Made by a program: the position numbers and the translations under genes | Shown here: in pieces, positions 23,026-32,320 of the stretch | How positions within the stretch are numbered: position 1 is the first letter of the stretch | How the letters are laid out: each line of letters begins with the position of its first letter | Assembly (NCBI GenBank): GCA_002897715.1 | Contig: BDUA01000009.1 | Span: forward strand, 9,540 to 73,539 | From: a bacterium BMS3Abin01 | GTDB lineage: Bacteria > Actinomycetota > Thermoleophilia > BMS3ABIN01 | Direction: 5' to 3' | DNA: 64,000 bases | The notes under the pieces: model-generated | The model's input: the letters and a program-made list of their open reading frames with translations, nothing else | What the model was told of the DNA's origin: nothing | Database searches by the model: none

Positions 23026-23893
23026 TGCCGTTCCTCCCCGCGACTACTACCCGGTCGTGTCCCGCGTAATCCTTTAATGTCTCCACCGCCGCCAGTCCTG
23101 CTTCAACTCTCATCAGCTCCTGGACACCCGGACCCTGGGCACTGCCTATTTCCACCATCAGCCGGCCGCCGGGCCTGAGGAAGGGCGGTGCCTCCCGCGC
23201 CAGCAACCGGTAGAAGTCCAGACCATCGGCTCCACCGCGCAACGCCGCCTCCGGCTCGTATTCGCGCACGTCCCGGGGCAGTCCGTCCCATTCATCATCA
23301 GCGATATAGGGCGGGTTGCAAAGGATCACGTCGAAAGTCGCCAGCGGGTCCAGGACGGCGAACATGTCCGACTCGATAAAGTCGATGCGGCAAGCTACTC
23401 CGGCCGCGTGCGCGTTCTCCCGTGCCAGTTCCAGCGCCGCGGCGCTACGGTCGACGGCGGTGATAACGGTGTCGGGATAACCGGCGGCTACGGCGATGGC
23501 GATGGCGCCGCTGCCGGTGCCCACATCCAGTACACGGGGCGGGGCGGGCCAGTCCCGGTCCGCGAGCCGGCCCAGGGCGGCCTCCACCAGGTGCTCCGTC
23601 TCCGGACGGGGGATAAGTACATTCCTGTCCACCCTCAGGGTCAGGTCGCGGAAGTAGGCGCGGCCGAGTATATAGGCCACCGGCTCTCCCCTGCCGCGCG
23701 CCCGCACCAGCTCACGGTAGCGGCCGACCTCGGCCTCATTGAGTGGACGGTCATAATTGATATAAAGATCGATGCGGCGCATCCCCAGGGCTTCGGCCAG
23801 CAGCAGCTCCGCGTCCAGCCGCGGGCTGGTGGACCCCCTGGACTTGAGGTAATCGGCGGATTTCTTCAGGAGAGATGAGATATGTAGTGACAA
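23012..23893 (-). CDS. prmC: Release-factor glutamine N5-methyltransferase
   Basis: SAM motif LDVGTGSGAI and catalytic NPPY; downstream of prfA. Confidence 0.9.
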   Translation of the reverse strand: MSLHISSLLKKSADYLKSRGSTSPRLDAELLLAEALGMRRIDLYINYDRPLNEAEVGRYRELVRARGRGEPVAYILGRAYFRDLTLRVDRNVLIPRPETEHLVEAALGRLADRDWPAPPRVLDVGTGSGAIAIAVAAGYPDTVITAVDRSAAALELARENAHAAGVACRIDFIESDMFAVLDPLATFDVILCNPPYIADDEWDGLPRDVREYEPEAALRGGADGLDFYRLLAREAPPFLRPGGRLMVEIGSAQGPGVQELMRVEAGLAAVETLKDYAGHDRVVVAGRNGNEGL

Positions 23894-23916
23894 ACCGGCA
23901 CCTCACCGCCACCGAC

Positions 23917-24996
23917 TCAGACCTCGGCCGTGCGCAGCTGTTCGGCCCGGTCCTGTGCCGCCAGCGCCTCGGTGAACTCATCGATATCACCCTGGAGGAT
24001 GGCATCGATCCGGTGCAGGGTCAGGTTGACCCGATGGTCGGTGACCCGGCCCTGGGGAAAATTATAGGTACGGACCTTCTGGCTGCGGTCCCCGGTGCCC
24101 ACCTGGGAGCGGCGCCGGTCCGCCAGCTCCCGCTGCTGCTCTTCCAGCATCTTTTCGTAGAGACGCGCGCGCAGGATCTTCATGGCCCGCTCCTTGTTCT
24201 GCAACTGCGACTTCTCGTCCTGGCACTGGACCACCAGGCCGGTTGGCTCATGCGTCAGGCGGACCGCTGAATCGGTGGTGTTGACCGACTGCCCGCCGGG
24301 ACCGCTGGAACGGTAGATGTCGACCCGCACGTCGGCGGGGTCGATCTCCACCTCCACTTCTTCAGCCTCGGGCAGTACCGCCACCGTGGCGGTGGAGGTG
24401 TGTATACGGCCGCCGGATTCGGTCACCGGTATGCGCTGTACGCGGTGTACGCCGCTCTCGTACTTGAACACGCTGTAGGCGCCCTTGCCGCTGATCTCCA
24501 TGATCACTTCCTTGAAGCCGCCCCGCTCCGTAGGGCTGCTGGACAGGATCTCGGCTTTCAGCTTCTTGTGCTCCGCGTGCTTTGAATACATACGCAGCAG
24601 CTCCGCGGCGAACAGAGAAGCTTCGTCGCCGCCGGCGCCGGCTCTGATCTCGATGATCACGTCCTTGGCATCGTTGGGGTCCGGCTCCAGCATGGCGGCC
24701 CGTATCTCTTCGGCCAGCCGCTCCATGGCCTGGCGGGAATTGCCGATCTCCTCGTGCAGGAACTCGCGCATCTCCGCTTCGGTCTCACCGTCGCCAGAGA
24801 GGATCTCCTCCGCCTCCGCCTCGCTCGCCTCCGCTTCACGGTACTGCTGCGCCAGCTTGTAGGCCGGCTGAAGGTGGGCGTGTGCCCTGGCCAGCTCCGC
24901 ATAGCGCTGGCGGTCCTGGACCACGGCGGGATCGCTCAGCTCCGTGTTGAGCTGCTCATACTTATCCTCGATCTCTTTTATCAGTCTCTCAATCAT
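23917..24996 (-). CDS. prfA: Peptide chain release factor 1
   Basis: The GGQ motif ([11 protein letters not shown]) establishes a class I release factor with overall RF1-like similarity. The RF1-versus-RF2 call rests on overall similarity and prmC synteny, not on a tripeptide I read directly. Confidence 0.95.
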   Translation of the reverse strand: MIERLIKEIEDKYEQLNTELSDPAVVQDRQRYAELARAHAHLQPAYKLAQQYREAEASEAEAEEILSGDGETEAEMREFLHEEIGNSRQAMERLAEEIRAAMLEPDPNDAKDVIIEIRAGAGGDEASLFAAELLRMYSKHAEHKKLKAEILSSSPTERGGFKEVIMEISGKGAYSVFKYESGVHRVQRIPVTESGGRIHTSTATVAVLPEAEEVEVEIDPADVRVDIYRSSGPGGQSVNTTDSAVRLTHEPTGLVVQCQDEKSQLQNKERAMKILRARLYEKMLEEQQRELADRRRSQVGTGDRSQKVRTYNFPQGRVTDHRVNLTLHRIDAILQGDIDEFTEALAAQDRAEQLRTAEV

Positions 24997-25024
24997 TGTT
25001 TTTCACCGGTGGCACGGCCTGCCG

Positions 25025-25951
25025 TCAGGCCATCACCTCCACATCTCCCTCCCCGGTCCTGTCCAGTTCCACCGGTTCCAGCGCCGCCACGCCCTCCAGG
25101 GCTTTCACGGCGACTTCGATCTGGGAGATATCGGGCTCACGGGTGGTCAGGCGCTGCAGGAGGAGACCCGGATACATGACGACTTTCATGACGGCGCTAT
25201 CCTTGTGCTTTCCAGCATATTTTATCACCTCGTAAGAAAGGCCGACAATCAACGGGATGCCTATAAGGCGTGAGACTATCAGCCAGAACAGCCCCGGCAC
25301 ACCCACCAGCGAGAAGATGATGATGGCCAGCACCATCACGATCAGCAGAAAGCTGGTGCCGCAGCGCGGGTGCAGCGGCGAGAAGCGTATAATCTCCTCC
25401 GGATCGAGCTCCAGCCCCGACTCCAGGGCATGGATGGTCTTGTGCTCAGCGCCATGGTACTCGAACACCCGCCGCAACTGCTTGATGCGGGATACGGCCA
25501 GAATATAAATGACAAGGATGAAGATGCGCAGCACCCCTTCGGCCAGCACGAAGGTGGAAGAGTTGGGGAAACGGTCCTTGACGGAGCCGGCGACCAGTAA
25601 CGGCAGCACCACGAACAGCGCCACAGCGACCACGATGCCGATGACCAGACTGAGGGCCATCTCCCTCTTGGAGACGTCCCGCTCCTCCTCGCCCATGGAT
25701 TCATTGGCCGACATGGCCAGGGTGCGGATGCCCAGAGCGGTCGATTCCCAGAGGGCTATGACCCCCCTGAGCAGCGGCCACCGCAGGAAAAGGTGTCGGT
25801 CGGACAGAGGATTGAGCGGCTCGGCGTGTACACTGATCTCGCCATCGGGACGCCTCACCGCCAGGGCCCAGTGACGCTTGCCCCGCATCATGACCCCCTC
25901 GATGACCGCCTGTCCGCCTATGGACGCTGCCGGTTGCTTATCCTGGCTCAC
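25025..25951 (-). CDS. DUF1385 (YqhQ-like) membrane protein
   Basis: IGGQAVIEGVMMRG N-terminus and the YHGAEHK motif. It occupies the conserved position between rpmE/thyX and prfA. Confidence 0.75.
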   Translation of the reverse strand: MSQDKQPAASIGGQAVIEGVMMRGKRHWALAVRRPDGEISVHAEPLNPLSDRHLFLRWPLLRGVIALWESTALGIRTLAMSANESMGEEERDVSKREMALSLVIGIVVAVALFVVLPLLVAGSVKDRFPNSSTFVLAEGVLRIFILVIYILAVSRIKQLRRVFEYHGAEHKTIHALESGLELDPEEIIRFSPLHPRCGTSFLLIVMVLAIIIFSLVGVPGLFWLIVSRLIGIPLIVGLSYEVIKYAGKHKDSAVMKVVMYPGLLLQRLTTREPDISQIEVAVKALEGVAALEPVELDRTGEGDVEVMA

Positions 25952-25963
25952 TATATTCCCGCG

Positions 25964-26728
25964 TCATCGGACTCCGGTCCACGCCGCCTCCATCTCCGCT
26001 ACCTCGTCCGTCTTATAGATCTTGCCACAGAACATCTTCCGGCCCTCCTGGCATTTTCCATAGAGACAGTCGGGTCCGGACCCCTCGAACAGCAGCGGCG
26101 CCGTCTGCATCAACAGGTACCGCAGCCGCCATGCCAGTTCGTTTATCTCCCACTGGGCACGCCGGCAGCAACGGATGCGCAGGAAGTGCCGGAGTTCACG
26201 GGTGTTCATGGTGACCACGATACGGGTCTCGGCGGCGTTGGGCAGCACGAAGCGCGCATCCTCCTGGGCCGTCTCCCGGCCCAGTCCCCGTTCCTCACCC
26301 AGCTCGACCAGCCGCTCGTAGGCCGACCGGGCCGAAGCCATGGCCGTCTCGAAGACCGCCAGCGCTTCCGGGTCCTCCAATAGCTTGGGCGGGACTATGA
26401 AACCGCCTTCCCCGCCGAAGCGGACGTACCGCTGCGATTGCTGGCTGTAGGAGGCTAGCCGGTGGCGGACCAGCTGGTGAGAACAGGCCCGGGAGATGCC
26501 GTCGATACCGAAGGTAAAAGAAGCGTGCTCCAGGGCGCTCATATGTCCCGAACCGATTAGGACGCCGATCAGCCGCGCCACCTCGTCATCGGGCATGGTC
26601 TCCTGAAGCTGGGCCGCCGTGGAAGACGAATAACACAGCCTGCCGGCAGCGGCAACAGCGCGCTCAGGATCAGGCGTGTGGGAAAGGAGCGTTACCTTTT
26701 GGGTCACAGACACCGGCCGAACCGGCAT
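25964..26728 (-). CDS. thyX: FAD-dependent thymidylate synthase ThyX
   Basis: ThyX signature RHRLASYSQQSQRY (RHRxxSxxxxSxR). The ATG at 26728 overlaps the rpmE stop (TGATG); the longer track ORF overlaps rpmE. Confidence 0.9.
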   Translation of the reverse strand: MPVRPVSVTQKVTLLSHTPDPERAVAAAGRLCYSSSTAAQLQETMPDDEVARLIGVLIGSGHMSALEHASFTFGIDGISRACSHQLVRHRLASYSQQSQRYVRFGGEGGFIVPPKLLEDPEALAVFETAMASARSAYERLVELGEERGLGRETAQEDARFVLPNAAETRIVVTMNTRELRHFLRIRCCRRAQWEINELAWRLRYLLMQTAPLLFEGSGPDCLYGKCQEGRKMFCGKIYKTDEVAEMEAAWTGVR

Positions 26729-26979
26729 CAGGTGGTTTTCTTCTTGCCATATTTCCGCTGGAACCGCTCGACCCGCCCACCGGTATCGACCAGCTTGCGC
26801 TTGCCCGTGTAGAAGGGATGGCACTTGGAGCAGATCTCCACGGTCAGCTCGGGTTTGGTTGAACGGGTGGTGAACTCCTCGCCGCAGGAGCAATGTACCC
26901 TGGTCTCTATATATTCCGGATGTATATCCTTTTTCATCGCTTCCCTTATGCTCTCTGTTGGAACAAGAAATGATAACAC
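26728..26979 (-). CDS. rpmE: 50S ribosomal protein L31 (zinc-binding type A)
   Basis: [13 protein letters not shown]...[11 protein letters not shown]. Confidence 0.95.
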   Translation of the reverse strand: MLSFLVPTESIREAMKKDIHPEYIETRVHCSCGEEFTTRSTKPELTVEICSKCHPFYTGKRKLVDTGGRVERFQRKYGKKKTT

Positions 26980-27024
26980 ATAAAATTGATTATAATAAGA
27001 AGCGGGTGCGGCTATCGCCGTTCC

Positions 27025-27053
27025 TTGCCTTGAAGACGTTGCCTGCCTAGAAT
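27025..27053 (+). promoter_or_regulatory. Candidate sigma70-type promoter for the tRNA cluster
   Basis: TTGCCT (27025-30), a 17 nt spacer, then TAGAAT (27048-53), about 30 nt upstream of tRNA-Val. Confidence 0.4.
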
Positions 27054-27084
27054 ATCAGGGTAGCCGGGGCGTGGCCAAATATCC

Positions 27085-27161
27085 GGGCGATTAGCTCAGC
27101 TGGTTAGAGCGCCGTCCTCACATGGCGGAGGTCACTGGTTCGAGTCCAGTATCGCCCACCA
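27085..27161 (+). tRNA. tRNA-Val (anticodon CAC), CCA encoded
   Basis: Hand-folded cloverleaf. Acceptor GGGCGAT/ATCGCCC, D arm GCTC/GAGC, anticodon stem CCGTC/GGCGG with loop CTCACAT, T arm ACTGG-TTCGAGT-CCAGT, then ACCA. Confidence 0.93.
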
Positions 27162-27182
27162 CCAACAACGTGACCCGGATGT

Positions 27183-27258
27183 GGGGGATTAGCTCAGTTG
27201 GGAGAGCGCTTGCTTCGCATGCAAGAGGTCACCGGTTCAAGTCCGGTATCCTCCACCA
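27183..27258 (+). tRNA. tRNA-Ala (anticodon CGC), CCA encoded
   Basis: Acceptor GGGGGAT/ATCCTCC with the G3:U70 Ala identity pair. Anticodon stem CTTGC/GCAAG with loop TTCGCAT; T loop TTCAAGT. Confidence 0.93.
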
Positions 27259-27301
27259 ATTTGAATCACCGGGGAATAACAGGAGCACCGTACTGCCGCG
27301 T

Positions 27302-27377
27302 GGGGGATTAGCTCAGTTGGGAGAGCACCTGGTTTGCATCCAGGAGGTCACCGGTTCGAGCCCGGTATCCTCCACCA
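27302..27377 (+). tRNA. tRNA-Ala (anticodon UGC), CCA encoded
   Basis: Same acceptor and D arm as the previous tRNA, including G3:U70. Anticodon stem CCTGG/CCAGG with loop TTTGCAT. Confidence 0.93.
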
Positions 27378-27383
27378 CCCGCA

Positions 27384-27416
27384 CCGGCCGGCCCTCATGA
27401 GGGGGCCGCTTTTTCT
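27384..27416 (+). terminator. Rho-independent terminator after the tRNA cluster
   Basis: GC-rich hairpin CCGGCCGGCCCTC-ATGA-GGGGGCCG followed by CTTTTTCTTT. Confidence 0.6.
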
Positions 27417-27638
27417 TTCCCGGGAAGGAGAAAGCCCCGAATAGTTTCGGGGCCTTCCAAGGGGGGCGTTTAGCCCCATGCACAAAAGTAAAGTATGTTG
27501 GTTAGTATCATAACCTCTGAATAAAATGCCGTCTATAATGCATAATACCTATCTTACGTGATTGATATAAATCATACTGCCCGGATAAGCCCCCCGTCAG
27601 GGTCTGAGCAACCGTATTAGCAGCGTAATGTCGACTTA

Positions 27639-28355
27639 TTAACCGACGAAGTCGACATATCCGGACCTGACGGCGTAAGCCACAGCTTCCAGCTTGCTGT
27701 GTACGCCCAGCTTGCTGAGTATGTTTTGAATATGATTACGCGTGGTGGTGGGGCTGATGTACAGCTGCCGGGATATGACATCGTTGCTCAGCCCCTGGGC
27801 CAGCAGTTGCAGGATCTCCAGTTCGCGTCGTGTTAATCTGGCGGCCGTTTTCCCGGAGGCATCGGTGTCACTGGTAGCGCCCGGCTGGAGGCGCGGCTGC
27901 TCGTAATGCTGTACGGCTGTCTGTACGTGTTTTGCCAGCGACTCCAGCTTGGCGTTGCGCTGCCGGAGCCGGTCCATGGCCACCTTCACCCGGACCGCGG
28001 CGTCCACCCGGGCCACCAGCTCTTCCGTTTCGAAAGGCTTGGCTATATAGTCCTGGGCTCCCAGCCCGAATCCGGCCAATTTGTCATCCAGGGTCGGTTT
28101 CTCGTGGATGAAGATCACCGGGATGTGCTTGAGGTTTCCTTCGCTCTTGACGGCCTTGCAGATGGCCCGGCCGTCGGTTCCGGGCATGTCGACTTCGACG
28201 ATAATAGCATCAGGGCGCTCGTCGCGCGCTATCTGCCCGGCGGCAGAACTGTCCACGACTGTGAGTACTTCATAGCCCGCCCCGGCTAGACACTCCTTGG
28301 CCAGCTGAAGCACATCCGGATCGTCGTCAATTACCAGAACTTTTTCGTTCGGCAT
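27639..28355 (-). CDS. Response regulator, receiver + LuxR/FixJ-type HTH (NarL family)
   Basis: KVLVIDDDPD...VDMPGTDG receiver domain. C-terminal LTRRELEILQLLAQGLSNDVISRQLYISPTTTRNHIQNILSKLGV. Start chosen at MPNEK. No cognate kinase is adjacent. Confidence 0.85.
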   Translation of the reverse strand: MPNEKVLVIDDDPDVLQLAKECLAGAGYEVLTVVDSSAAGQIARDERPDAIIVEVDMPGTDGRAICKAVKSEGNLKHIPVIFIHEKPTLDDKLAGFGLGAQDYIAKPFETEELVARVDAAVRVKVAMDRLRQRNAKLESLAKHVQTAVQHYEQPRLQPGATSDTDASGKTAARLTRRELEILQLLAQGLSNDVISRQLYISPTTTRNHIQNILSKLGVHSKLEAVAYAVRSGYVDFVG

Positions 28356-28548
28356 CTTCGAACTCACTGGTTTTCCGTATCTGCCACCCGCCGCCTCCGG
28401 ACTCAATGTCCGGAGGAGAGCGGATACTGCATCTACTTATGCTTCCTACGCGCTCTCCGCGCTGATCCTACCGGTTTCTCCACTATCAGCGGTAAAACCT
28501 TTATCCAAGTATACAAATATACTCCGATTTTTTCACTTTGCAAAGGGG

Positions 28549-29097
28549 TCAGCCATAGCGTGCCCGGCCTTCCCTGAATATATCACCACCGTGACTATCC
28601 ATGGCGACGATGGCGGGGAAGTCCGAGACCTGGAGACGGAAGATGGCTTCGGTACCCAGTTCGGGGTAAGCAACCATCTCCGTGGAGATGATCCGGCGTG
28701 CCAGCAGGGCGCCGGCACCTCCCAGCGCGGCCAGGTAGACCGCTGAACAGTCATGGAGAGCCGCTGCCACATCTTCACCCCTTTCACCTTTACCCATCAC
28801 CGCCCTTACTCCCAGAGACAGGATGGTCGGTGTGAAACGGTCCATGCGGGCGCTGGTCGTCGGACCCGCTGCTCCGGTAGCCCTGCCGGGCGACGGCGGG
28901 GTGGGACCGGTGTAATAAATGACCTGTCCGTCCAGATCGACGGGCAACTCTTCTCCCTGCTCCACCAACGCTGCCAGCCTCTGGTGGGCTGCGTCCCTGG
29001 CCGTATAGATCGTCCCTGAAACAAGCACCCGGTCACCGGCACGCAGACCCAGGACGTCAGCGGCGGTCAACGGCGGTGTAAGGGTAACAGCCGTCAT
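28549..29097 (-). CDS. Fe-S hydro-lyase beta subunit (class I fumarate hydratase / tartrate dehydratase beta)
   Basis: GDRVLVSGTIYTARDAAHQRL and MGKGERG motifs. The start at MTAVT overlaps the alpha-subunit stop. Confidence 0.85.
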   Translation of the reverse strand: MTAVTLTPPLTAADVLGLRAGDRVLVSGTIYTARDAAHQRLAALVEQGEELPVDLDGQVIYYTGPTPPSPGRATGAAGPTTSARMDRFTPTILSLGVRAVMGKGERGEDVAAALHDCSAVYLAALGGAGALLARRIISTEMVAYPELGTEAIFRLQVSDFPAIVAMDSHGGDIFREGRARYG

Positions 29098-29939
29098 AGC
29101 ACCCCGCCGGCCTGTCTGGCGGCATGGCACTGGATGTTTACCGCTACCGGCAGTGAGGAGATGTGGCAGGGGTAAGACTCGATGGTGACACCCAGGCAGG
29201 TGACTGTGCCACCGTACCCACCCGGCCCGATACCCAGATCGTTGACCCGCTCCAGTATCTCCTGCTCCAGCTCCGCCAGTCCGGCGTCAGCGCCGGCCGC
29301 TCCCGCCGGACGCAGCAGCGCCTGTTTGCTCAGCAGGGCGGCCTGATCCATGGTGCCGCCGACTCCTATGCCGAGGAACAGGGGAGGACAGGCCCTGGCG
29401 CCGTTCATGTCGACCGTCTCCACGACGAAGTCCGCCAGCCCGGCGGCGCCGTCGCCGGGCTTGAGCATGGCTATCCGTCCGGCATTCTCGCTGCCGGCGC
29501 CCTTGGGCAGGACAGTGATATTCACCCGGTCTCCGGCCACAAGCTCGACATGGAGTACGGCCGGCGTGTTGTCGCCGGTGTTGTCTCGTTCAAAACACGG
29601 ATGCGCTACGATCGACGCGCGCAGGTAGCCTTCGCGAAAAGCACGATCTATGCCGATATCCACCGCCTCCCTCAGACTGCCGCCGGTGATGGCCACCTCC
29701 TGGCCCACGGCGGCGAAGACTACCGCCATACCCGTATCCTGACAGAGGGGAACCCGGTCGCTGGCGGCGATGCCGGCGTTCTCGATGAGCGATGCCAGTA
29801 CTTCGCGCCCCAGGGGGGACTGTTCCCGGGTGAGGGCGTCCTCAAAAGCCGTCGTGACTTCATCGGGAAGGAAAAAATTGGCGTCCTGGTAAAGCTTTGC
29901 CACCAGGTCGGTTATCTGACCGGCGGTGACCTCCCTCAT
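29094..29939 (-). CDS. Fe-S hydro-lyase alpha subunit (class I fumarate hydratase / tartrate dehydratase alpha)
   Basis: The hallmark PLCQDTGMAVVF motif and cluster Cys residues. Confidence 0.85.
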   Translation of the reverse strand: MREVTAGQITDLVAKLYQDANFFLPDEVTTAFEDALTREQSPLGREVLASLIENAGIAASDRVPLCQDTGMAVVFAAVGQEVAITGGSLREAVDIGIDRAFREGYLRASIVAHPCFERDNTGDNTPAVLHVELVAGDRVNITVLPKGAGSENAGRIAMLKPGDGAAGLADFVVETVDMNGARACPPLFLGIGVGGTMDQAALLSKQALLRPAGAAGADAGLAELEQEILERVNDLGIGPGGYGGTVTCLGVTIESYPCHISSLPVAVNIQCHAARQAGGVL

Positions 29940-31219
29940 GGGGCCTCCCTCGTTTTCCCCGCCTTCCCACCCGAGCCGCCCAGCATCTCCCGGGTGGAGG
30001 CAGCTACTTCCGCCGCTGTCCGCGGCTCGCGGGCTACGCCGCTCTCCACGGCGGCGGCGGCCACGGCGCCGGCCACGGCCGGCGCGACCCGCAGGTCAAA
30101 GGCCCGGGGGATGATATTTTCCGCCGAAAGCTCGTCCCCCACCAGGCCGGCCAGAGCCCGGGCGGCGGCGGCCTTCATGTTCTCGTTGATGTTGGCGGCG
30201 CGCACATCCAGCGCCCCCCTGAATATGCCGGGGAAGCCAAGCACGTTATTGACCTGGTTGGGAAAGTCACTGCGGCCGGTGGCCACCACCGCCGCGCCCG
30301 CCGCGCGGGCCTGGTCCGGCAGGATCTCCGGATCCGGATTGGCCATGGCCAGGACGATGGGCCGCTGTTCCATGGATGACACCATCTGCGGCGATACCGC
30401 CCCTTTGACGGAGACGCCGATAAACAGGTTGGCGCCCTCCATGGCGGCTGCCAGGCCACCCTCTCTGGCGCCGCGGTTGGTCCATCCGGCCACTTCCTGC
30501 TTGACCTGTGACAGATCCCGGCGATGTTCGCCGATAACGCCGCCGCTGTCACAGAGGATGAGGTCCTCCACGCCTTCATCACGCAACATGCGGGCGATGG
30601 CCAGGCCGGCGGCGCCGGCGCCGTTTATCACTACTTTCAGGTCGGCGATGGCCCGCTCGGTCACCCGGCAGGCATTGATGGCGGCCGCCATCACCACTAC
30701 GGCTGTCCCGTGCTGGTCATCATGGAACACGGGGATGTCGCATTCCTCGATCAGGCGCCGCTCTATCTCGAAACAGCTGGGCGCGGCTATATCCTCCAGG
30801 TTGATACCCCCGAAGCTGGGCTCCAGCAGCCGGACGGTGCGGACTATATCGTCCACATCGCGGCTCTCCACGCAGAGGGGAAAGGCATCCACCCCGCCGA
30901 AAGCCTTAAACAGAACCGATTTGCCCTCCATCACCGGCAGCGAGGCACGGGCGCCGATATTGCCCAGCCCCAACACTGCCGAGCCGTCGGTCACCACGGC
31001 CACCATGTTCCAGCGGCCCGTATAGGTATCGATAAGCTCAGCGTCCCGCGCTATCTCGCGGCAGGGCTCGGCGACCCCCGGGGTATAAGCGATGGCCAGG
31101 GCGTGATCGTCGGCTACAGACACCTTGCTATCGATGGAAAGCTTGCCGCGCCACTGCCTGTGCAGGCGCAAAGCCTCATGTTGCAGAGATGTGGGATCGT
31201 GATTCTCGTCCATGGGCAT
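29936..31219 (-). CDS. NAD(P)-dependent malic enzyme (short prokaryotic type)
   Basis: LAIAYTPGVAEPC, VVTDGSAVLGLGNIG and the NGAGAAG dinucleotide fold. Confidence 0.9.
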   Translation of the reverse strand: MPMDENHDPTSLQHEALRLHRQWRGKLSIDSKVSVADDHALAIAYTPGVAEPCREIARDAELIDTYTGRWNMVAVVTDGSAVLGLGNIGARASLPVMEGKSVLFKAFGGVDAFPLCVESRDVDDIVRTVRLLEPSFGGINLEDIAAPSCFEIERRLIEECDIPVFHDDQHGTAVVVMAAAINACRVTERAIADLKVVINGAGAAGLAIARMLRDEGVEDLILCDSGGVIGEHRRDLSQVKQEVAGWTNRGAREGGLAAAMEGANLFIGVSVKGAVSPQMVSSMEQRPIVLAMANPDPEILPDQARAAGAAVVATGRSDFPNQVNNVLGFPGIFRGALDVRAANINENMKAAAARALAGLVGDELSAENIIPRAFDLRVAPAVAGAVAAAAVESGVAREPRTAAEVAASTREMLGGSGGKAGKTREAP

Positions 31220-31332
31220 ATTATATAGATTTAAGACCGGGCATTCCCCGGCGCTCCCTCTACCCGCTGGTCACCAACTGTCCACGCGGCTTTATTATCC
31301 GCCACCGTTGCATTAGAGTTCATCCCCAGGAC

Positions 31333-32199
31333 ATGAACGAGACTACTGAAAACAGGAAGAGCAACGGCAAACGTCTCCGCATCGGCGGCATGGCCCTGGA
31401 GAACGGCGTGCTGTTCCAGACAGACCGGGTGTGGACCATGGGCATCCGCGGTGACGACGGGGAGATCCGCGTCGTCTCCGGCAGGAAGACCGGCCTGGAC
31501 CGGTCCTCACCGGCCAGGAGGGTACCGCTGCTCAGAGGCATGGTTTCCATGGCGGAGACGTTATTGCTGCTGCCGCGGGTACGGGCCGGCGGTGGAAGGT
31601 TACCGCTACCGGTGCGGTCGCCCGAGGTACTGGCCTCGACCCTGGTCAGCATCGCCGGCACCATGATCCTGAAAAATCCGAAAAGGCGTCTGTCCCCCCT
31701 GATGGAAGAGCTGCTGGCCTCGACCCTGGCCCTGGTTCCCTCACTGATGGCGCTGAGAAAAAGCAGCGCCACTCAATACCATGCCGCAGAGCACAAGTCC
31801 ATCAACGCCTACGAGCTCCACGGCGAATTCAGTCAGGAAGAGGCACGCGGCGCCCGCGCCGAACACCCGCGTTGCGGCTCCAATATCGTCGGACCGGCGC
31901 TGGCATTGATGGCGCTGGGGAACCTGCTGGCCCGGCGCGCCCTGGGCCGGCCCAATCACGCCGCCCGCCTGGGCGTCAGCTTCCTCAGCCTGTCCGGCGC
32001 CATCGAGATGGTGCAATGGGCATCCCGTCACCCGGGCAGCATCTGGGCCAAAGCCTTCACTTATCCCGGTGGCAACCTGCAGCAGGCTGTCACCACCGCC
32101 GAGCCGACCGACGCACAGCTGGACGTGGGGCTGACAGCCCTGCGGGAGCTGTTACGCCTGGAGAGAACAACCGGCGCTTCCCCCGTCCCCCCAACGTAG
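31333..32199 (+). CDS. DUF1385 (YqhQ-like) membrane protein, second paralog
   Basis: LRIGGMALENGVLFQT N-terminus and the YHAAEHKSINAYE motif, parallel to the 25025-25951 protein. Start chosen at MNETT; the track ORF starts at 31189. Confidence 0.65.
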   Translation: MNETTENRKSNGKRLRIGGMALENGVLFQTDRVWTMGIRGDDGEIRVVSGRKTGLDRSSPARRVPLLRGMVSMAETLLLLPRVRAGGGRLPLPVRSPEVLASTLVSIAGTMILKNPKRRLSPLMEELLASTLALVPSLMALRKSSATQYHAAEHKSINAYELHGEFSQEEARGARAEHPRCGSNIVGPALALMALGNLLARRALGRPNHAARLGVSFLSLSGAIEMVQWASRHPGSIWAKAFTYPGGNLQQAVTTAEPTDAQLDVGLTALRELLRLERTTGASPVPPT

Positions 32200-32320
32200 G
32201 GACGGCCCACCTACCGCCGTCATATCGCCCCTGGTGATAAAAAGCCGCAAAAACGGGTAATTTATTTAACTACACCCTCAGTCCCTGCAACGAGTTTCGT
32301 AAATTGTGAGGTGGTGGCAC

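Noticed and set aside
27122-27400. 92-aa plus-strand ORF spanning the tRNA genes.
   Set aside because: It is entirely explained by three hand-folded tRNAs, so it is an ORF-finder artefact.
27085-28400. tRNA cluster followed by an AT-rich spacer and a LuxR regulator as a possible integration site of a genomic island.
   Set aside because: No integrase, no direct repeat of a tRNA 3-prime end seen downstream, and the following genes (fumarase, malic enzyme) are ordinary metabolism.
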